This document shows positions 1-9,041 of a DNA stretch of 64,000 nucleotides, in pieces. Both the position numbers and the translations under genes were made by a program. Each line of letters starts with the position of its first letter. Position 1 is the stretch's first letter. The notes beneath the pieces were generated by a model. It ran no database searches. It was not told where the DNA came from and worked only from the letters and a program-made list of their open reading frames with translations. The stretch lies in NCBI GenBank assembly GCA_963807605.1, contig CAWECG010000004.1, forward strand, positions 352,001 to 416,000, given 5' to 3'. Source of the DNA: Candidatus Bathyarchaeota archaeon. GTDB lineage: Archaea > Thermoproteota > Bathyarchaeia > 40CM-2-53-6 > RBG-13-38-9.

Positions 1-54
1 CCCTCAGCGCGTATACAGGGCAGCTCAGTTACCTAACCTTCCTAATGAAGTCTC

Positions 55-1017
55 ATGGGGTTCCGTAGGTGGCTTGAAATGGAAGGTCAAGAAAGTAGAT
101 TGCAGCGTAAAGAGCTCAGATTCCCATACTCTGTCTTCCGCAATTTCTGCGAGCTTCTCAGCTTTCTTTTTTTAAATGCTCTTGCGTTCAAGTACGTCTA
201 TCCTTTCTTGAGTGTTGATTCCATACCAGTGCCTGTCCCGATTCTCATCAGTCTGAAGTCCGCTTACAGTCTAATGGGCGGAGCACTCGACTTTGTCCAA
301 GTCATGTTCTCTAAACCTTTGTTCCCTCTCATTCCGCTTGCGTTGGTCTTTGTTGTGGGTTCTATAGTTGGCAGGCTGCTCTGCGGATGGCTTTGCCCAA
401 TCGGTTTTATTCAAGATCTCATACTGAAGATCAAAGGCAGTCGTTCGAAGGTCAGTCTTAGAAAACATGTTCCTTTAACGAAACTGAAGCTCTTCATTCT
501 CCTGATCGTTCTATTCTTTTCGATAACCCTTGCCTACTCTCTCTACTTGGACCCCGAGACAAGATACAAGGATGCCTTGGGACCCTTTACAAGAGGCGTG
601 TTCTTTCCCATCGAACCTGAGACAACGCTCTTCGCAACGATTCCGAGGTTGGTTCAATCCGGTGTTGAGTCGGGTTTGCTGGACTTCTCAAGCCTATCCT
701 CGCCGGGCTATTTAATGGTCACCGGGGTCGCTATCTTGGGAATCTTCTTTGTTGGTGCGTACGTTGTGCCCTGGTTTTGGTGCAGATACGTTTGTCCCAC
801 AGGAGCACTCATGGGGATCTTTATGAGATTCAGCTTTCTCGGCTTGCGAAGAGATCCTTCCAAATGCACGAAGTGTGGTGATTGCGTTGAAGCATGCCCC
901 ATGCAGATAAGGATACTTGACCTGCCTTGGGAGAAGTTCAATGATCCTGAATGCACACTCTGCTTGGAATGCGTTGGCGCCTGCGCGAGGGGCGCCCTAG
1001 CTCCAAAATTCCCATGA
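55..1017 (+). CDS. Membrane 4Fe-4S binding protein (NapH/MauN-like)
   Basis: Hydrophobic helices, CGWLCP and CRYVCP motifs, two C-terminal CxxCxxCxxxC clusters; start could be the ATG at 79. Confidence 0.8.
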   Translation: MGFRRWLEMEGQESRLQRKELRFPYSVFRNFCELLSFLFLNALAFKYVYPFLSVDSIPVPVPILISLKSAYSLMGGALDFVQVMFSKPLFPLIPLALVFVVGSIVGRLLCGWLCPIGFIQDLILKIKGSRSKVSLRKHVPLTKLKLFILLIVLFFSITLAYSLYLDPETRYKDALGPFTRGVFFPIEPETTLFATIPRLVQSGVESGLLDFSSLSSPGYLMVTGVAILGIFFVGAYVVPWFWCRYVCPTGALMGIFMRFSFLGLRRDPSKCTKCGDCVEACPMQIRILDLPWEKFNDPECTLCLECVGACARGALAPKFP

Positions 1018-1146
1018 ATACTCACAGCAAACTTCCACCTTCACCCGGACGATGTCGGAGGTCGCGGCTACCAAAGTTCGTGTTCCCGCAAATAAGATAA
1101 GAGGAACTCTAGCCAGATAGTGGTCTTGATCTCGACAGTCTAACTT

Positions 1147-1247
1147 GCCGGGATGGCCGAACGGTTCAGGCGGCGGGCTGCAGACAATCTTCCCAAGAGA
1201 AGCTGACTGAAACCCGCAGTATGTGGGTTCGACTCCCACGCCCGGCT
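1147..1247 (+). tRNA. tRNA-Cys(GCA) with ~28-nt intron at 37/38 (1184-1211)
   Basis: Acceptor GCCGGG/CCCGGC, anticodon stem GCGGG/CCCGC, loop CT-GCA-G^A, T arm GTGGG-TTCGACT-CCCAC, U73 discriminator. Confidence 0.85.
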
Positions 1248-1562
1248 TCCAACTCCATGAACCAATCTACAATCCAGAAAGATCGTCATTGTCGGCTCGC
1301 ATACGCAGGACTGATACTAGAAATCCATTCATGAAAACTAAAGAAAAGACAAATCTAGACTTGAAGCTCCAATCACCTAGACAAAGTCAGCTATATGCAA
1401 TCAGAATCGACGACTGAAACCCATGAAAGTAAAATGCTCTAAGTGCGGTGTCTGCATAGACTTCGCCGACATGAATCGCCATTTGACAAGATGCGGTACC
1501 GGCGCCCAGAAAGATCAGTAGGTCTAACTCAAGGTCCTCGTCAAGTCTTCAAATCAACAAAA

Positions 1563-1587
1563 TTTATATCTGTTACCACAAGTAACA
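1563..1587 (+). promoter_or_regulatory. TATA box followed by a palindromic operator upstream of hsp20
   Basis: TTTATAT at 1563-1569, then TGTTAC-N5-GTAACA at 1571-1587, RBS GAGGTG at 1596-1601. Confidence 0.6.
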
Positions 1588-1607
1588 ATCTGACAGAGGT
1601 GAGATTA

Positions 1608-2207
1608 TTGTCGTGGGAAAATGAATCTCCATCATGGTTTAGAAGACGGAGACGCCAGCCTTTTTTCGGCGACTGGTTTTTTGACGATATGAACAGAATG
1701 TTCGAAGAGATGTTCAAAGACGTTGCAGGGACACTGCCTAAAGAACTCGTTCGGGAACGCCGTCTCCCAGACGGCAGCACCGTCAGAGAAGTTGGGCCGA
1801 TCGTCTACGGATACTCGATGACCATGGGGCCAGATGGGAAACCGGTCATCAGAGAGTTCGGCAACGCAAAACCATCCATGGAGCAGACGAAGTTTGGTCC
1901 ACCAAAACCAGGCCTGACCGTCAAAGAAGAGCGTGAACCGCTTGTGGACCTGATTACCGAAGGCGACCAAGTCAGGGTAGTAGCGGAACTACCTGGGGTT
2001 GAAAAAACGGACATAAACCTTCAATGCGCTGAGAATGCGTTGACCATCTCAGTAGACACACCACAGAGGAAGTATTACAAAGTCCTAGAACTCCCGACAC
2101 CAGTGGATCCTGAAACTCCCAAGGCGTCTTACAAGAATGGAGTACTTGAGATACTTCTCAAGAGGCAGAGACCAGTTCCAAAAGGCAGAGAGATAAAGAT
2201 ACAGTGA
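1608..2207 (+). CDS. hsp20: Archaeal small heat shock protein Hsp20
   Basis: GPIVYGYSMT.GPDGKP and alpha-crystallin motifs AELPGV..I, ASYKNGVLEI; TTG start after GAGGTG RBS (the ORF-track start at 1443 is too long). Confidence 0.92.
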   Translation: MSWENESPSWFRRRRRQPFFGDWFFDDMNRMFEEMFKDVAGTLPKELVRERRLPDGSTVREVGPIVYGYSMTMGPDGKPVIREFGNAKPSMEQTKFGPPKPGLTVKEEREPLVDLITEGDQVRVVAELPGVEKTDINLQCAENALTISVDTPQRKYYKVLELPTPVDPETPKASYKNGVLEILLKRQRPVPKGREIKIQ

Positions 2208-2446
2208 CTATCCGCTGTTCTTTGAGCTGTATCAGAGCCATCACGGCCTTCAGGACCTTTCCCAGGCCCCGAAGGAACCCCCAAGATTGTTTCTAGCCCT
2301 GGTGAACCGGCATTTTTTGGAAATGTTTAAGCAGATCGGCAGAATATTCTTTTCCGGTCCAAATGCTCAAGGAATCTGAGCGGATTCCGTTTTTTGGTCC
2401 AAACTGTAGACTATTCTCCACTGTAGAATCTGAGGCATAGAGCGAG

Positions 2447-3511
2447 ATGTCCGAGTACATCAAAGAAATCGAGCTGAAGAAGATACAGCCAAACCGACTG
2501 AACCCTAGAGAGGAATTCAGAAAGGAATCACTAGACGAATTAGCCGATAGCATCTCTGAGGTGGGTTTACTCCAGCCACTCATTGTGCGTCCAGTGGACA
2601 GAGGATTCGAAGTAGTCGTAGGTGAGAGACGATATAGAGCTTCGCACCAAGCTGGCCTGGAGAAGGTGCCGGCAATCGTCAGAAAGTATGCCGACGATGA
2701 AGTGATAGAGCTCAACTTGATAGAAAACATACACCGCGAAGACTTGAGTGCAGTTGAGAAGGGAAGGACCTGCCTCAAATTGATGGAAACGTTTCCTGAG
2801 AAATATCCAACAGAAGAGTCAGTCGCAAAACACGTGGGGGTAAGCCAACTCACAATCAAAGACTGGCTGAAACTTGTCACAGCAATGCCCCGTAAAATCC
2901 AGCGAATGGTAGCTCCAGAGACCATCTCGCGGAGGGTTCCAGCAGGAAAGATTGAGTACACAACAGCTGTCAGAATCGCACGAAAGATAAAGGAACCTGG
3001 GAAACAGTTGAAGGTGGCAGAAACACTCGTTCAAAGGGGCATAAGAGGTGCCGTAGCAAGGCAGATAGTCAGCGAAGTCGCAAGGAAACCCGAAAGGCCT
3101 CTGGAGGAGATAGTCCAAGAAGTTGTCGAGGCTCAGGCCAGAATACCATTTAGGTTAGCCAACATTGAACCCGTTGTGAATGAGAGTAAGACCCAATTAT
3201 CCCTGAAAGGACTGGACCCGAAAATCCGAAAAGGCTCCATAGTCCAAGCCGACCTCTACGAGCCCCACTTTGCAGACCTTAGAGTGAGGGACGTCTTGAA
3301 AAAGAGACTGGGCGATTTTACAGATGAAGATACAAAGAGAGAAGGAGGATACAGCCTCAGTGAATTCAAGAAGTACTGGGAGGAGACCTACGGAGAAGGA
3401 AGCTGGGATCCCGATGAGAGAGTTGACATTGTACACTTCGAGGTTGTGAAGATGAATCCCAAGTTTGAAGAGTTGAGAAGAAGAATAAGCACGAAGTTCC
3501 TCCTTAAGTGA
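2447..3511 (+). CDS. ParB/Spo0J-family protein with C-terminal ASCH-like domain
   Basis: GLLQPLIVR, GERRYRA, LIENIHREDL, HTH-like segment; C-terminus F..I....KT..DEDTKREG..SEF..YW...Y....V..VHFE resembles ASCH/PUA. Confidence 0.8.
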   Translation: MSEYIKEIELKKIQPNRLNPREEFRKESLDELADSISEVGLLQPLIVRPVDRGFEVVVGERRYRASHQAGLEKVPAIVRKYADDEVIELNLIENIHREDLSAVEKGRTCLKLMETFPEKYPTEESVAKHVGVSQLTIKDWLKLVTAMPRKIQRMVAPETISRRVPAGKIEYTTAVRIARKIKEPGKQLKVAETLVQRGIRGAVARQIVSEVARKPERPLEEIVQEVVEAQARIPFRLANIEPVVNESKTQLSLKGLDPKIRKGSIVQADLYEPHFADLRVRDVLKKRLGDFTDEDTKREGGYSLSEFKKYWEETYGEGSWDPDERVDIVHFEVVKMNPKFEELRRRISTKFLLK

Positions 3512-3608
3512 GTTCAACAACTCGGCCGCCGCACACCCGTCAATTGCAGGCCCAAGAGATCGCCAGTTATCGATTAAGTCTATTAGCAACCCACCGTTAG
3601 TCAGGATA

Positions 3609-3684
3609 GGGCCCGTGGTCTAGTCAGGATTATGATGCTGGCCTCCGGAGCCGGTGATCGTGGGTTCAAATCCCACCGGGCCCG
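3609..3684 (+). tRNA. tRNA-Arg(CCG)
   Basis: Acceptor GGGCCCG/CGGGCCC, anticodon arm CTGGC-CT-CCG-GA-GCCGG, T loop GGTTCAAATCC. Confidence 0.95.
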
Positions 3685-3722
3685 CACAGAAAATTTGACG
3701 ACACCCAAGGCTTGGCATAGAG

Positions 3723-5699
3723 ATGTCTGACGACAAATCCCGATCTCACACTAGTGAGAACCCTTATGAAGACATTCTATCAGGATGCCGGAATCTTTTG
3801 CGTGAGGCCCTCTCGTCCCAATTCCCCGATTTCCAAGACGCAGAGATCAAACTTGAAGAACCCCCCTCTCCACAATTCGGCGATTTGTCCACAATATTGA
3901 GCTTTCAAATCTCTAAGGCTCTGGGCGTTCGTGCCATAGAGATCGCGCAACGAATCGCCAGCTGCCCGAAACCTAGTAGTGACGGTTTGGTCAAGCAATT
4001 GGAGGCGTCTGGAGCAGGGTATCTCAACCTCCGCCTCAACCACGAGAAGATAAACGAGCTGACATTGCATTCTGTCAGGTCGCTTAATGACAGATATGGT
4101 TTCCCGCATACAGATAGGCCTGAAAAGATCGCGGTGGAACATAGCAGCATAAACCCCGTACATTCAATCCATATTGGACAGGCACGAAACTCGATCTTAG
4201 GAGATGCCATATCGAGAATCTTGAAAGCTAGAGGACACGAAGTTGAAGTTCACTTCTACATAAATGACGCAGGGCGACAGAGCGCCATAGTGTCCTACGG
4301 GTACGAAAAAATCCGCCGTCCAACTCCCAGCATCAAATCTGACCATTACTTGGGCCAAGTCTATAGCATAACCTCATGCCTAGTGGAGATTCAAAACCTG
4401 AAGAAGGCAATGAGTAACGTGGCAAGCGACGAATCTCTCACAGAAGAGAGAAGTCAGATCCAAAATAGACTGGACGAGTGGACATCAGTTGCATTTGAAC
4501 TACAGAATCGATATCCGGAATTATTTGAGCGACTTAGAAAAGAGATCAGCATTAGCTCCGAGGCTGACACTCAAATCAACAATCTTCTAAGAGAATATGA
4601 GCAGCACACACCGAGCGCGACGGACCTAATCAGACAAGTGAGCGAGCTTTGTATCAATGGCTTTAAACAGACCTTTTCAAGGCTTAACATATGTTTCGAC
4701 GTCTGGGACTGGGAGAGCGATCTACTCTGGTCACACAAGGTTGCTGATGTGCTTCAGAGGTTGCTCAAGACAAAATATGTTTCAAAGGAAGACGGAACTC
4801 TCAGACTTGAATCGGAATTGGCTGTCGAGGAACTCGGAATCCGCCAACTCCTCAATTTGGGCGATGATTACGTACTTCCATCGGTCTCTTTAACGAGATC
4901 AGATGGGACGACGTTGTACATAGCTCGGGACATCGCCTACAGCCTCCTTAAGTTCGGGAAGTGTAGCAGCGTCGTAAACGTCGTTGGAATGGAACAAGTG
5001 CATGAACAATTGCATGTGCGCGTTGCTCTTTCTATTTTGAGCCTCAAGGAACTCGCAAGAAAACAGCAACACTTCACATTTGGCTTAGTACGCTTTCCCG
5101 GAGAGAAAATGTCAAGTCGAAGAGGGCGAATCGTGCCCTTAGACGAGGTTATAGACGAGGCAATAAGAAGAGCCTACGTTGAGATCGAAAAACGCACAAC
5201 AGATCTTGACGATACTGAGAAGCGTAGGAGAGCAGAGACCATAGGAATCGGGGCATTAAAGTACGCGTTGCTTTCGGTCGAGCCATCACGTGAAGTCGAT
5301 TTCTCTTGGGATCGAGTCCTGAACTTGGAAATGAACAGTGCACCCTTCATCAATTATGGATACACAAGGGCTAACGGCATACTGAGAAAAATCGGCTCAA
5401 TACGTGACGACGTAAACTATGGAAGGTTAGATAGTACCGCAGAACGACGTCTTATCCTAACCCTGGCCAAATTCCCCAGCATCTTTGCTGAAGCGGCAGA
5501 CAGACTTCGTCCAGACGACTTGGCTAATTACGTAAACCAATTGACCAAGCAGTTCCACGAGTACTATGAGCATTTCGACGTATCACATCTTGAGGATGAT
5601 GAACTGCGATATGCCAGAGGCTCGCTCATTGAGGCAATACAAATAGTGATTCGTAACTGTATGCGTATACTTGGCATAGAACTTCAAGAGAGAATGTAA
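3723..5699 (+). CDS. argS: Arginyl-tRNA synthetase
   Basis: HIGH-like HIGQARN, KMSSRRG, DALR-type anticodon-binding C-terminus ending ERM. Confidence 0.97.
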   Translation: MSDDKSRSHTSENPYEDILSGCRNLLREALSSQFPDFQDAEIKLEEPPSPQFGDLSTILSFQISKALGVRAIEIAQRIASCPKPSSDGLVKQLEASGAGYLNLRLNHEKINELTLHSVRSLNDRYGFPHTDRPEKIAVEHSSINPVHSIHIGQARNSILGDAISRILKARGHEVEVHFYINDAGRQSAIVSYGYEKIRRPTPSIKSDHYLGQVYSITSCLVEIQNLKKAMSNVASDESLTEERSQIQNRLDEWTSVAFELQNRYPELFERLRKEISISSEADTQINNLLREYEQHTPSATDLIRQVSELCINGFKQTFSRLNICFDVWDWESDLLWSHKVADVLQRLLKTKYVSKEDGTLRLESELAVEELGIRQLLNLGDDYVLPSVSLTRSDGTTLYIARDIAYSLLKFGKCSSVVNVVGMEQVHEQLHVRVALSILSLKELARKQQHFTFGLVRFPGEKMSSRRGRIVPLDEVIDEAIRRAYVEIEKRTTDLDDTEKRRRAETIGIGALKYALLSVEPSREVDFSWDRVLNLEMNSAPFINYGYTRANGILRKIGSIRDDVNYGRLDSTAERRLILTLAKFPSIFAEAADRLRPDDLANYVNQLTKQFHEYYEHFDVSHLEDDELRYARGSLIEAIQIVIRNCMRILGIELQERM

Positions 5700-6038
5700 G
5701 CCTCACGCGCCCGCGTAATTAGCAGCGAGCGCGATACGATGTTGACAGCGTGGGGCGAGTTCAAGAAGAAATATGAAAACGTCATTTCAGCGCGCGGCCA
5801 TAACTAGGCAAGTAATCGCAGCTTGCCGGTGCAAACTCAAATGACTGACGACGACCAACCGTTTAAGATCAGTCGAATCCGGCAGACTGGACCATGGACA
5901 TTCTCCGAAGCCGATGGATTTTGTGAGTAGACTAGCCATAAAGGAATGTGGCCGCCAACAACCTAGAAAATAGCAACCCCAACAAACGCTTAATGATAAA
6001 TATTAGAAAGGTGACCAATATTCGGTGGTTGATGGTAT

Positions 6039-6275
6039 ATGCCAACAGCTTTTGTCCTAATTAACGCGGAGCTTGGCAAGGAAGAGGGCATCCTCAAGGA
6101 GTTGAGAAGCATAAGCAGTTGCAAGGAAGCGCATTTCGTCTACGGCGTCTACGACATCATAGCCAAGGTAGAGGCTGAGAGCATGGAGAAGCTTAAGGAG
6201 ATCGTAACCTTCAAGATCAGAAGGCTCCCCGATGTCAGAAGCACGCTCACTATGACTGTAGCTGAGGGGATTTAA
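6039..6275 (+). CDS. Stand-alone Lrp/AsnC ligand-binding (RAM) domain protein
   Basis: AFVLIN, VYGVYDIIAKVEA, VRSTLTM; no HTH. Confidence 0.9.
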   Translation: MPTAFVLINAELGKEEGILKELRSISSCKEAHFVYGVYDIIAKVEAESMEKLKEIVTFKIRRLPDVRSTLTMTVAEGI

Positions 6276-6348
6276 GGCCAGTTCAGGGAACCGTCTTACC
6301 AATTTATTCCTAAGCAAACCTACGCCTGGGACACTGAAGAGCCGACGA

Positions 6349-7176
6349 CTATAGGCTACTTAGTTTACTCTCTAGTTTCATTATCACAGCTATTGCTGAC
6401 GAACCCACGAGAGAACTGCCACGGCTATTCCTTTCACCCATAGTCATCTGTCGGACGTGCTCGTCGTAGGGTATCACGAGGTCCAAATGATGCCCTTGTC
6501 CAACTAAGGTTCTTTCGATAAATTCCTCCTCGGCCTTGTCCTTTACCTTATTTGCGATGAACATGTGTTTCGATACACCAAGTTCCACAACAAGTCGCCA
6601 AATCTTCAAAGAGGTCTCGATTGATTGCAGTGAAGGTTCAATAACATTTATGATAGTATCAACGGATCGAATTGTTCCACGTCCAAGATGTTCCAGACCG
6701 GCTTCCATATCAAGAATAACCGTTGCGCTCATCTTGCTGAACACATAACGTAGGAGAGCTCGGAGCAGAGCATTTGCCGGGCACATGCATCCTTGGCCTG
6801 CGCTTCTGACTGTTCCCATTATGAGGAGTCTCACGCCATCTGGGCTGTCTAGCGCATATTTCTCAACAACGTCATCCACCGTAGGATTCAGATTGAAGAC
6901 AGAACTCCCAGAGTCATCGCCGCCGACACTTGTCAGCTCCTTTATGAGATTGGCATCCTCGCAAAGAGGTGTGATCGCGTTAGCTGTCTCCTGCGGTATG
7001 CCCAGCTCAAGATAGAGGTTTGTGGACGGGTCAGCGTCTATCGCTATGACCATCTTACTAGGATCCAGCTTCTTGAACTGTTTTGCGAGTGTGCCGGCGA
7101 TGAAGGTTTTACCAACTCCACCTTTCCCGACAACTGCAATCTTCAATCCAGACAACCTCATACAAACTGTTGCCAC
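6349..7176 (-). CDS. cooC: CooC/AcsF-type nickel-insertion ATPase
   Basis: GKGGVGKT, DADP, GCMC, DMEAGLEHLGRGT; exact start uncertain. Confidence 0.9.
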   Translation of the reverse strand: MATVCMRLSGLKIAVVGKGGVGKTFIAGTLAKQFKKLDPSKMVIAIDADPSTNLYLELGIPQETANAITPLCEDANLIKELTSVGGDDSGSSVFNLNPTVDDVVEKYALDSPDGVRLLIMGTVRSAGQGCMCPANALLRALLRYVFSKMSATVILDMEAGLEHLGRGTIRSVDTIINVIEPSLQSIETSLKIWRLVVELGVSKHMFIANKVKDKAEEEFIERTLVGQGHHLDLVIPYDEHVRQMTMGERNSRGSSLVGSSAIAVIMKLESKLSSL

Positions 7177-7269
7177 AGAAAGGCTCTACAAAACACAGCA
7201 TTCATAGCGCGCGAAGTATTGGGGTAATCTACTGCAACGCTATGAACATTCGTCACATTACTGATTGTT

Positions 7270-8187
7270 CTACAGTATTTGTTTCGATCTCTCAATTATC
7301 TTGGGCACGATCCACTCAAAACCTATAGTCATTATGTGTATTCCTTGAACTGCGGTCGATTTTCTTATGTCACTCACGAGTTTGCCAAAGATCTCAAGAT
7401 TCTCATTGAGGAAGGCTTCCTTGCCACCCTTTTCTCTAGCTAAGCGCAGACGGTTCTGAATCTCGTCCGGTACCATTATTCCGGGCACATTCTTGACCAT
7501 CCAGTCCATCATGCCCATAGATTTGAAGGGCGCTATGCCGATCAGTACGGGCATCTTCAGGTGTGAAACTTCTTTAACGAATCTCTTCGCAAGTTCAGGA
7601 TCGTACACACACTGAGTCTGTATGAAGTCTGCTCCCAGTTCAGCCTTCCGTTCTATCTTCAGGATCTCCGGCTCAATTGGATCTGCATTAGGGTTTCCAG
7701 CCACGCCAATGTTGAACTTCGGCGGATTGTCAATCTTGTTGCCCTTGAGATCTGTTCCCTCATCGACCATCTTGCTCATTAGGTCTACCAAAGATGTTGA
7801 GTCCAGGTCGTACACCGGCTTGGTTCTAGGGTCGTCTCCAATTGTTGTGTGATCGCCGCTGAGGGCAAGCACATTCTTGATGCCTAGTGCGCTCGCAGCA
7901 AGGAGATCAGCAGTTATTGCAAGTCTGTTCCTATCTCTGACAGTTACTTGGTAAACTGCCTCCAAACCAACCTCTCTTTGAATAATGTATGAGGGTATAA
8001 GCGCGTTCATGTATGCAAAGGCTGTTGGGTTGTCAGTGACATTTGCTGCGATGACATGGCCCTTCAGTATCTTGGCTGTTGCTAGGGTTTCCTCAAGACT
8101 TGTAGTCTTTACTGGTTCTATCTCGCCAGTAAAGACAAAGGTGCCTGCAAGCAGAGCCTTCGCTAGTTCGCTATACGCTTCTCTCAT
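7270..8187 (-). CDS. metF: Methylene-tetrahydrofolate/pterin reductase catalytic subunit
   Basis: NVTDNP, RDRNR, LALSGD, GADFIQTQ, GIHIM. Confidence 0.92.
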   Translation of the reverse strand: MREAYSELAKALLAGTFVFTGEIEPVKTTSLEETLATAKILKGHVIAANVTDNPTAFAYMNALIPSYIIQREVGLEAVYQVTVRDRNRLAITADLLAASALGIKNVLALSGDHTTIGDDPRTKPVYDLDSTSLVDLMSKMVDEGTDLKGNKIDNPPKFNIGVAGNPNADPIEPEILKIERKAELGADFIQTQCVYDPELAKRFVKEVSHLKMPVLIGIAPFKSMGMMDWMVKNVPGIMVPDEIQNRLRLAREKGGKEAFLNENLEIFGKLVSDIRKSTAVQGIHIMTIGFEWIVPKIIERSKQIL

Positions 8188-8831
8188 CTGAAGATAACTT
8201 CCCTAGCGCTGGCCATCAGAGAGTAGTCTTTGGGCGGCCTATACTTCTTGAATAAGTCGAGTCTTCCAGCGTCGTGTAGTCTGTTGTAGATCAGGATCCA
8301 GGCGCAATCGTTCTTCCAGCCGCCGACTTCGCATTTACCTTTGGCCTGACCGCCGCACGGTCCATTAAGTAAGCTCTTGCCACATCTTGCGATTGGACAT
8401 ATCCCGCCTGTATCGAAGAGGATGCAGTCTCCGCAAGCTCTACATCTCTCATAGTACCTTCCGATCCTCTCTACGGTACCGATGAACTGCGTATTACATC
8501 CGGGGATTGTATTTTTCTTTGATAACTCCGCTACAGTTTGTGTGGCCGTTCCACAGGACAGGACTAGAATAGCGTCCGAAGCTTCTACAGCGGGGCTATT
8601 TCTTTTAAGGTCTAGTCTTGTCAGCCTTTGGTCGCATACGGACTCGACTATAATCTGACCGGTTACTGACTTGCCCATCTTCTCGAGCTTTGAAGCATAA
8701 GACTTGACTTCTTCCTCTCCACCGGTCTTGCATTCTGTTGCACATGTGCCACAACCAACCAAGAACAGTTTGTTCAGGTTGCCGATCATCCGCTGGATCT
8801 CTTCATCGGGCTTTTGTGTGGTGATTATCAA
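8184..8831 (-). CDS. metV: MetV Fe-S/Zn small subunit of MTHFR
   Basis: GCGTCATEC, CRACGDC, CPIARCGKSLLNGPCGG, CEV, CAW; 4-bp overlap with metF. Confidence 0.9.
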   Translation of the reverse strand: MIITTQKPDEEIQRMIGNLNKLFLVGCGTCATECKTGGEEEVKSYASKLEKMGKSVTGQIIVESVCDQRLTRLDLKRNSPAVEASDAILVLSCGTATQTVAELSKKNTIPGCNTQFIGTVERIGRYYERCRACGDCILFDTGGICPIARCGKSLLNGPCGGQAKGKCEVGGWKNDCAWILIYNRLHDAGRLDLFKKYRPPKDYSLMASAREVIFR

Positions 8832-9041
8832 GATCTTTTCACTTACCTAGAACTTTCATTTGAAAAAAATGAGGATGTGTAGATATAGTGGGAAGACTAT
8901 TCCTCAGACTAAGTGCCAACATTCTTTGGTTTCAGACCTATTGTCAGGTTTCTGATGACATACGTCATAGTTATTTAAAAACATTAAACGTCTCCGCTAG
9001 GAGTTTTCTGAGAAAAAGCCAGCGATATCGTATCGTGCTCT

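Noticed and set aside
2293-2961. 222-aa minus-strand ORF
   Set aside because: Antisense shadow of the ParB gene with no motifs
1147-3684. Integrated element between the two tRNAs
   Set aside because: No integrase and no long att repeat; hsp20 is a core gene
6349-7176. ParA partner for the ParB gene
   Set aside because: CxC and EAGLEH motifs identify CooC, not ParA
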